DNA of 64,000 bases, taken from Eledone cirrhosa (lineage: Eukaryota). The DNA is taken from assembly GCA_964016885.1 (NCBI GenBank), contig OZ024744.1, forward strand, positions 84,196,001-84,260,000, written 5' to 3'. Positions 54,183 through 64,000 of this stretch are shown one piece after another. How positions within the stretch are numbered: the stretch's first letter is position 1; each line of letters begins with the position of its first letter. Under the pieces are notes generated by a model. The model was not told the origin of the DNA. It worked only from the letters and a program-made list of their open reading frames with translations, and did no database searches. The translations under genes and the position numbers were made by a program.

Positions 54183-54875
54183 AGATAGATAGATAGATAT
54201 ATTTCTTTATTTGCCACAAGGGCGAACAACAAATGGGACATTACAAGACGTGACGGCGGGGATTTTACATAAACTGTAAACTTTAACTTTAATAAATTAA
54301 AATAACTTGTATATTAAAATAAAATAACAATCGAAATCCCCAATAGGGAGAAACGTTACTCCGGGGTTGTTTTACAACCCATAAATAGAACAACCCTTAA
54401 CACCAGGAGCACCTTTTTTAGGTGTTCCCGTCTTCTCTCTTATGCACAGAGAAGGCCCATTCACACAGGTTATTTTCGCCACATTCACACAGGTTATTTT
54501 CGCCACATTCACCCACCTTTCAGCAAATTTACTGGGGTGTAGCAACTCTCTTTCTCCACTCTCACCTTCCTTCTGAAGTGGTACTTAAAGAAGGGGATAA
54601 GTTGTTGTCCGGAGAGGAAGGCCTTTGCCCTCAATCCTTTCAACCTCGTCCACCATATTACCGCTTTCGCCATAGCCATCAGACAGAGGAAAACCACCTC
54701 GCCTTCATTGTTAACTGCTCGCATCTTGGACAGGTTCTTTTGGCATGATCCCTGCCAGGGCGTCCATGCCTGTAGATTTTGTCTCGAACTGGTAGAGCTC
54801 CTCGGTAGCACTGCCAGGCCAGAGACCGCTGGAAGTTATCCATAGGCCCTGGACGGAAGGTCCTCCCGAACAGAG
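54183..54875 (-). mobile_element. 5'-truncated Tx1 subfamily A copy
   Basis: LFGRTFRPGPMDNFQRSLAWQCYRGALPVRDK...WWTRLKGL. 3' end CGCCCTTGTGGCAAATAAAGAAAT plus (ATCT)n. 5' junction abuts (GATA)/(GA)n. Confidence 0.88.
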
Positions 54876-55193
54876 TGAGATAGATAGAGATAGATAGAGA
54901 TAGAGAGATAGAGAGATAGAGATATGAATATAGAATGAATGAAGAAAAGAAAGTAAGGAAGTAAGAGAAAGAAAGAGAAAGAAAGAAAAAAGAATGAAAG
55001 AATGATGCAAAGAAAGAAAGAAAGAAAGAAAGGAAGAAAGAAAAAAGAATGAAAGAATGATGCAAAGAAAGAAAGAAATAAAGAAAGGAAGAAAGAAAAA
55101 AGAAAGAAAAAAGGAAGAAAGAAGAAAAGATGTAAACAAAGAAAGAAAGAAGGAAAGAAAGATAAAGAAAGAAAATGAGAAAGGAAATATATA

Positions 55194-55357
55194 CCGTATT
55201 TCCCGGAGCCGAAGACGCTTCGTCCTCGAGGACGCACTCTAATTTTGACAACAAAAAATTTGAAAAGTAATAAACAACCTTCGGCCTCCAGGACGCATGG
55301 TAGATTTTTGAAACTTATTTTATGAAAAAATTAGCGTTTTCGACGCCGGACAATATA
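55194..55357. mobile_element. Probable pogo/Tigger-like MITE with decayed right TIR
   Basis: TA|CCGTATTTCCCGGAGCCGAAGACGC ... GCGTTTTCGACGCCGGACAATA, with internal repeated GGACGCA motif. Confidence 0.5.
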
Positions 55358-55940
55358 TCTAAACTATAATAAAGTAAGGGGTGCGGGACTGCGTACGGTT
55401 AATAATTTGTTATCCCATTAGTAAAATAAGTTGGATTACTTTGAATAAATAATGAATGAATATTACATAATTTATCTACTAAATTTCGTAGCTGTTGATT
55501 AAATATATTCTATTGTTTATTTAAAGATTCACTTCTTTAAAATTTTCAAATGTTAACACTTTCGGTTAGCGATCGCTTAAATAAACATTCATATATTTCC
55601 GTCACTAATTTTCTCCTAATGCAGTTTATATATGATATCGTCTTTTTTAATGTATCATGGATTACCTTACTGATTACATAAGACTGTGTAATGCAGTCTT
55701 CGTTCAATTCCTGTTTATATTGTCAATTACGATGTTATTTGATGTATCATATCTACATGTATATATACTTGCGTATAATATCAATATACACACTACACAT
55801 GCTAACAGAAAACCACCGGAGAGGATGGTTTTTCTGCTAGTGTTAGTAAATGTGTTATTTTTAGAAAGTTTATGAAATATTCACAACCCATATAAACGCT
55901 GATATTCTCTACACATATCATCTATATAAAACACACACAC

Positions 55941-55971
<31 letters not shown>

Positions 55972-57083
55972 CTTGTGTGTATCCTGGAGGCTTATAAATA
56001 TGAAAAAAAAAACACAAAAAGATCTGGCCTTCTTTAGCTTTATATATACTCTTTTACCTGTTCCAACCATCCGGCTGTGTATATGTTAATTTAAGAATGT
56101 GCAGATCTGTAGTAGATTTTGCTGGTTGGCACTGGATGGTCTTTTGTTGTGTCCCCATGTGTCCCATTGTCTGTTCAACATGCCACTCAGCGAACTGATG
56201 ATGAACTAATGACGCGCAATATATCCTCATTGAAGCTAAGCATCTGGCCTCTCTCTCTCTGTTCGAAGACCGACCTACTTAGTGAAAAGTCACATCGTGC
56301 ATGAGGTGCCACTAGTATGGCTATCATGGGATAGTCTAGCACAAGTAGGATCTAGAGGTGTAAGCCTGATAAAAATCCTGCTTGTCTCATAGTAAGCCGT
56401 AGTTCGTGCGATTAGCATCATTTAATTATTCAATGGCCTCGGGGTCGTGAACACAAATAGCTTCGCAGATGATTGACTATTGATTCGGCATTGGGTTGGA
56501 ACAAGTGCTCCAGTTAGTAGAGAAATCTATGAGTGTGAAAGTGTGGTGAGACGCATATATTCTAGCAATTAGAAAAAGAAAATGCATCACTTTTGATAGA
56601 GGGATGATTCGGCAAGGAGAAGAGTGCCTCTTTATGCATTTATAAAGTGGTTTTAAAGTTATAAAATAGCTCTTCTTGGATAATATGATAACATATTGCC
56701 AAACAAAGAACTTAAAGGAGCTTGGTTATCAAACAAATCAGACAAACACACAGATAGAACAGTGACAAGTAAATAAACGCATAAATAAAAGCACACACAC
56801 ACACACACCCGGATGTAACGCATGCACAAACTAAGCACACAACACACAAAAACAAGATGGTGTAGAACAGAACAAAAAAGAGACACAAAATAAAAACCTA
56901 GTCACTGAGAAGGTCACATAATTTGTGACGAAAGAGCTTTGACAATATATAAATAACCATTCGGTTATCGAACTAACTAACTAACCGGAAATTTACAATA
57001 AATTGAAGTAAAAACCAACATGGTGCGCGTGTGTTTTTATTGGCAGCATGACCCTCCCAAAGTATTATAATAATAATAATAAT

Positions 57084-57157
<74 letters not shown>

Positions 57158-57160
57158 GTA

Positions 57161-57223
<63 letters not shown>

Positions 57224-57288
57224 AAGTGAGGTTTTTTTTACAAAATGAAAAATAACCGAGGTGTCCTACACGAGTGAAAGTATAAAGA

Positions 57289-58970
<1,682 letters not shown>

Positions 58971-59048
58971 TGTCGCGCACGCACTGAGACACAGGGACAT
59001 ACATACATACATACATACATACATACATACATACATACATACATACAT

Positions 59049-59079
<31 letters not shown>

Positions 59080-59471
59080 GTATAAAAAAAAGGTTCATAC
59101 ACCTAAGATGTGCGTACGACTATTGGTTGGGTTCGGGTCCAGTTATGGCCGAATGATGAATAAGTTTACTATAAAATGATAAGGATACCATGGAATCGGG
59201 TCGAACAAAGACTTGTGAGTGAAATTGAATAGGCGGAAATTGTTTGGAAGCTTAACAAATGGAGTATACCTGTAATTCAAAGGTCCGGCATTATCCGGCA
59301 CTGACTCATCGAAACTTCCTGAAAATTTCATGTCTGTGGAATGTTCAATCCCTTGCAAATTAATTTCACGTGTCATCTGTTCCGTTAATCGACAATTGCT
59401 ACTCTCCTCGTCAAAAACGATGGAGACCCATTTTATTCCATTCCTTATTGTAAATATCTATATTCATATTA

Positions 59472-59547
59472 GGTCGTCAAGTATGGAATTTGTAGAAAAT
59501 TCTATTTTTTTTTCTACAAATTTCTACAATTTTCATACTTGACGACC
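59472..59547. repeat. 76-bp hairpin, possible mini-MITE
   Basis: GGTCGTCAAGTATGGAATTTGTAGAAA ... TTTCTACAATTTTCATACTTGACGACC. Confidence 0.6.
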
Positions 59548-59692
59548 CAACAATTATAATAAATGTTTTTGTTATGTAAAAACTTCGAGTAAAAATAAAT
59601 GATCAGATTACATGATAAATGTATTTTACTTAATCTCCATATTTCGCCCTGAAGTTTTTTTTTAAGCAATTTGAATAAAATCATACATTCTA

Positions 59693-60992
59693 ATAATTGT
59701 TTCTACTTTTGGCACAAAGCCAGCAATTACCCGGTGCATTACATTTATCTACCCCGAAAAGATGAAACGCGAAGTTAACATCGGCGGGATTTGAACTCAT
59801 TCATTTTAATAATGTCATATCCATATTTTCCCCACATTTCACTTTACCATAACTTGAGTTGCTCAAAGTGCGCGCTATCGCCCTCCGCGGAGGAGGGGGG
59901 GGCGTTGAGGGAGTCCAGGGAGCGTTGGGAGGAACAGAGAAGCTATACGTATAATATTTATTTATACATAGTATATATTATATTTTATTATATGTTATAT
60001 ATAAATTAAGGTTATTATTATGCCGTGGTTTCGCAACAGGGAGGTGGTTTGACAATATGGGTTGAGCGTCAGACGCCATGCTTTGCAGCATAGAGTTACG
60101 GTCCTTTATGTTCTGAATTCAAATCCCGCCGAGGTTAACTTTGCCTTTCATCCTTACGGGGTCGATAAAATAAAGTACCAGTAATACACTGGGATAATTA
60201 CTGGTCTTGTGCCAAAAGTTGAGACAATTATTTATCATATATTTACAATTTGTGTGTAGGCAGGTCTCTCTGGAAATAGGGGTGGGTGCGCTGAGGGTAT
60301 TACGTCGCCGTGATGTGGGGGGAGGGGGCGGCAAAATGTTTGTGAACCTTTAACTTAGATGTTCATGTAAAGTTGTCTTCCATTTCCTTTTTACTTATGC
60401 TGATTGGAAATTTAATAATAATTCTTTCCAAGTTAGGTACAAAACCAGCAACTTAAGGGGGAAAGAGCATCCGATTGCATCAACCCGAATGCTTAGTTTG
60501 TACTTTAACTTATCATCGATAAATGGCAAAGTTGACCTCGAAACAAATAATTGTTTCTACTTTAGGCACAAGGCCAGCAATTACTCAGTGCATTACTGGT
60601 ACTTTATTTTATCGACCCCGTAAGGATGAAAGGCAAAGTCAACCTCGGCGGGATTTGAACTCAGATCGTAAAGGGACGTAACTATGCTGGAAAGCATGGC
60701 GTCCGACCCTCCATCGATACTGCCAATCCACCGCCCTAACCTCGAAACAAATAATTGTTTCTACTTTAGGCACAAGGCCAGCAATTACCCAGTGCATTAC
60801 TGGTACTTTATTTTATCGACCTCGAAACAAACCATTTTGTTCGACAATTTTGTTCGACACTAACAATTCTGCCAATTCACGACTCTTAATAATTGTTTCT
60901 ACTTTAGGCACAAGGCCAGCAATTATCCCAGTGTATTACTGGTACTTTATTTTATCGATCCCCGTTAGGATGAAAGGCAAAGTTAACCTCGA
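59693..60992. mobile_element. SINE family 1 cluster (- about 59693-59800; + 60060-60232; - 60420-60540, 60548-60736, 60751-60825, 60888-60992)
   Basis: Matches to family consensus. ACCTCGAAACAAA recurs at about 60535, 60739 and 60819 as nested target duplications. Confidence 0.85.
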
Positions 60993-61020
60993 CAAGTGGT
61001 GTTCTGTTTATTGAGAATTA

Positions 61021-61920
61021 CGAGGTGTGTCAGAAAAGAAACAAGACCCGAGGCTGTAAAAAGTATTTCAAATACAAACTACAAACTACAAATTTTCCTC
61101 TTCGAGATAACCTGCCCCCCCCCCCCCCCCATCCGACGAGTCTAACGCACTTTTCCATCTTTCTCCACTACGTCTCCAAGCATTCCTGGAAGGATTCACC
61201 CGAAGATTCACCCGAAGCTCCGTCATCATGACCCTCTCGATGACTCTGGTTCTCGGTCTGTGGGTCGTTCTCCTCGAAGATCCACAACTCATCACTGATG
61301 ACACTCAGCAAGTCTGGTTCAGTTTCAAGACACTCGATGATATCCTGACACACCTACATACACGACTCCTTGTCATTGTTTGAGCAGCTTCAGTACCATC
61401 TTCGCCCAGATCTGTCGCATGCCCAAATCTTCGGTGATAATCTTCCAAACGCTGTCGCGGTTCATGCCCAACTCACTTGTGATCAGTTGAACAGTCAGCT
61501 GACGATCACCACGCACAACCTGTCTCATACGCCCAACGTTGGCCTCAGTCCTTCTCGTTGAAAGCCTTCCGAACCTGGAATCGTCTTTGAACCTTTTGTG
61601 CCACTCGAAAATCCATGAGTGTGACACTGTCTCATATCCGTACACTTTCTGTACTCATATCCGTACTTCTGACGGAGTTTTCTTCAGTCGGACCAGAAAG
61701 TTCAGGTATGATTGTTGCTCTCTACCTATCACTTGACGGCCTAAAATTGAGGAACTGTTAACAAAAACACGTGAAAAAATATACAATGGTTACAGAGAGC
61801 TGAGATCGCAGTTATATACTCCCCGGATATTACATTATACGATGACACAACCCACTAATCCCTACCCCACTCATAGCTTACATAGCACACTAATCCCTGT
61901 TACTTTTCTGGTACACCTCG
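61021..61920 (-). mobile_element. Internally deleted mariner element (900 bp)
   Basis: TA TSDs at 61019-61020 and 61921-61922. TIRs CGAGGTGTGTCAGAAAAGAAAC and rc CGAGGTGTACCAGAAAAGTAAC. Transposase N-terminal HTH remnant IFEWHKRFK..DD.R.GR.ST...DRQLTV..I..ELG...EDLGMR...AKMV (61373-61645). DD34D domain absent. Confidence 0.9.
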
Positions 61921-61964
61921 TATCTAAAGTCTGTCTTAAGCCAGAAGTCTCGTTAAGCCGGTGA

Positions 61965-62342
61965 TTATCTCGATGTCATGGTGTGAAGCGACTGAAAGTT
62001 AAAGAGTCCCGCTGGACAGGACGCCAGTCCATCGCAGAGTTAAACACCAAGCTATTGCTGGTTCTCATTTACAGCTGAGTATACTGGAGCAACGTAAAAT
62101 GAAGTGTTGTGCTCAAGAACACAACAAACAACACAGCCCAAGAATCGAACCCATGACATCATGATCGTAAGTCCATTACCCTTATCACTAGGCCACACAC
62201 GTCTCCACTGAGTATACTGGGGCAACGTGAAATGAAGTATTATGTTCAAGAACACAACACACAACACAACCCAAGAATCGAACCCATGACATTATGATTG
62301 TAAGTCCAACACCTTTACCACTAGGCCACACACATCTCCACA
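61965..62342 (-). mobile_element. CORE-type SINE (family 2) with tandem duplication of its 5' ~135 bp
   Basis: CTGAGTATACTGG.GCAACGT.AAATGAAGT...CACTAGGCCACAC repeated at about 62075-62208 and 62208-62342. Confidence 0.75.
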
Positions 62343-62771
62343 CCTCATATAATTAATGTATATTATTGAAACTGTATTTTTCACTAAGTATCTGTCAATT
62401 ATATAACTATCCATTGCACATAAATATATTTACAGTATTTATCTTTTCGTTTACTTACCGTTAATATGTATAACCAAGCATAAATACGTTTTTTGGTCCG
62501 TTTAATTTTAATATTAACGTTAATTATATGTTCCAGCATCTGCATATAAAAGCAATAATACATTACATTACAATGCAATATAATATGATTTAATTATATC
62601 ATACAAAATTATAATTAATAATTTTAACTAAATTGATAAAAAAAAAAAATGTAAACAAATATTATTTTAGCAGATATTCCCTTATTTTTATTAAGAAATT
62701 ATTTCTTCGCAACATTTGAATATTTTCTAACTCGAATAAACATCATTATCTCTCATATTACATATTACATA

Positions 62772-62985
62772 GGGCGGTAGATTGGCAGTATCGGTGGAGC
62801 GTCAGACAACTTTATGACATAAGGTTACGTCCCTTTACGATCTGAGTTCAAATCCTGCCGACGTTAGCTTTACCTTTCATCCTTACGGAGTCGATAAATA
62901 GAGTTCCTGTAATGCACTGAGGTTAATTTAATCGCCTTTCCCCTCCACCAAAATTGCTGGCCTTGTGCCTAGATCAGAAACCTAT
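62772..62985 (+). mobile_element. SINE family 1 copy
   Basis: Match to family consensus. Confidence 0.8.
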
Positions 62986-62990
62986 ATTGC

Positions 62991-63029
<39 letters not shown>

Positions 63030-63076
63030 TTAAAGGGTCTGCTGTCGATAATTAGACTGTTAAATCCTAAGCTCCC

Positions 63077-64000
63077 TGTTCAAGAACCCCAATTGTACAA
63101 TAGAGTCCAACTGCATAATGTCGTTTATTTTTGTAAAACAGAGTAGTTATAGTAAAGACAGAGCATGCAAGCCATGCGGGCACGATAGTTATGAAGGGCA
63201 CAAACGTCGAATAGTTCCTTGTCACTTGATAGGAGAGGGTGTGTACTTATGCATTATCAGACACGCTGGTCAGATGCGTTCAGCATTGCTAACATCTCCT
63301 CCAGGGAATTGACAACGTAGTGTTAGAGGTAACACGGCGCGCGCACTACTCGGCCACTACGCATCCAGTATTCTCCGCGTAACTCGTTGTCTGCATTGAT
63401 ATCTTTGTTTTCTTGAGGGCAAGTTGGAACTGTGTCGCTAACGTTCTCATAGTCGACAATTGAAAACGGAAGTTGTTCTGTTGTGGTTTCTACCATCGGT
63501 CGTATATGGACACGGTTTCGAACAATGGTTCTGTTGTCGACCCTTACTGAGTACAAGGGCTCCGTGATCTTATGAATGATCTTTCCCTGAACGCAGCTAT
63601 CAACCTGTTGTCCCTTCAGTTGCACTCTAATTGATTGCCCGATAAGAAAGTTGCTAAGTGCTCTTGTCTTCCTGTCGTAGTAGTGTTTTTGAGTTTGTGT
63701 GCGTCAATCTAGTTCAGCATGTGTATTTTCTTGCGTGGAAGGTTCTAAAGCCGATTCTGTCGTGGGTAACGTCGTACGGATTTGTCGGCTGAAATGACGT
63801 TGTGCGTTACTTGAGCCAATGCCAGTTGACGGGATGTTTCGGTGACTGAGAAGAGCAAGATAAACGTCACTCTTTTCAAAACTGCTTTTCTTGATTAAAT
63901 TATTAGCCTGCGTCACGGCTATCCCGGCCTTTCTATTACCATGACTATGATATGGGCTACAGGCCCGATGATCAAATTCCCACGTTTGGGCAAACATTTG
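63077..64000 (-). mobile_element. 3' part of a Gypsy/Ty3 LTR retrotransposon: integrase C-terminus, PPT and 218-bp 3' LTR
   Basis: Integrase remnant FAQTWEFDH..CSPYHSHGNRKA..AV..A..LIKK...YLALLSHRNIP...S.AQR.F.R..RT.LP, then RNRVHIRP and RSGRVVRAP. PPT GGAGGAGA (rc 63295-63302) followed by LTR TGTTAG...AATAAA...TGAACA (63294 to 63077). Continues beyond the window. Confidence 0.85.

Noticed and set aside
61373-61645. SETMAR-like domesticated gene
   Set aside because: Lies between mariner TIRs with TA TSDs, has no SET domain and lacks the catalytic domain.

Overview
AT-rich, microsatellite-dense animal genomic DNA with no recognisable host protein-coding gene. The SINE repertoire and repeat landscape look like a coleoid cephalopod (Octopus-like; inferred from recalled repeat families, not verified). 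Almost all non-simple sequence is transposon-derived: a complete but frameshifted Helitron (3628-10119, A|TC...hairpin-CTAG|T), several L1/Tx1-type LINEs of two subfamilies associated with (ATCT)/(CT)n and (ATT)n microsatellites, two R4/Dong-type RLE LINE fragments, two Neptune-type Penelope-like elements (RT and/or GIY-YIG), a bipartite RTE derivative, an internally deleted mariner, a hAT-type MITE, a Gypsy integrase with PPT and 3' LTR, about 25 copies of one tRNA-derived SINE and a CORE-type SINE. The most notable signal is about ten type I hammerhead ribozyme motifs of several sequence families. They sit in short Penelope-derived (retrozyme-like) units embedded in (TA)n tracts and arranged as inverted or tandem repeats, and several have a non-canonical pyrimidine-pyrimidine pair at the base of stem II. 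Also notable are a perfect splice donor overlapping the Tx1 ORF1 stop in two subfamilies, which could fuse ORF1 to ORF2 in frame, and repeated fold-back palindromes centred on (TA)n. Most ORFs in the supplied track are microsatellite artefacts. All coordinates were read by eye; boundaries of degenerate elements are approximate.
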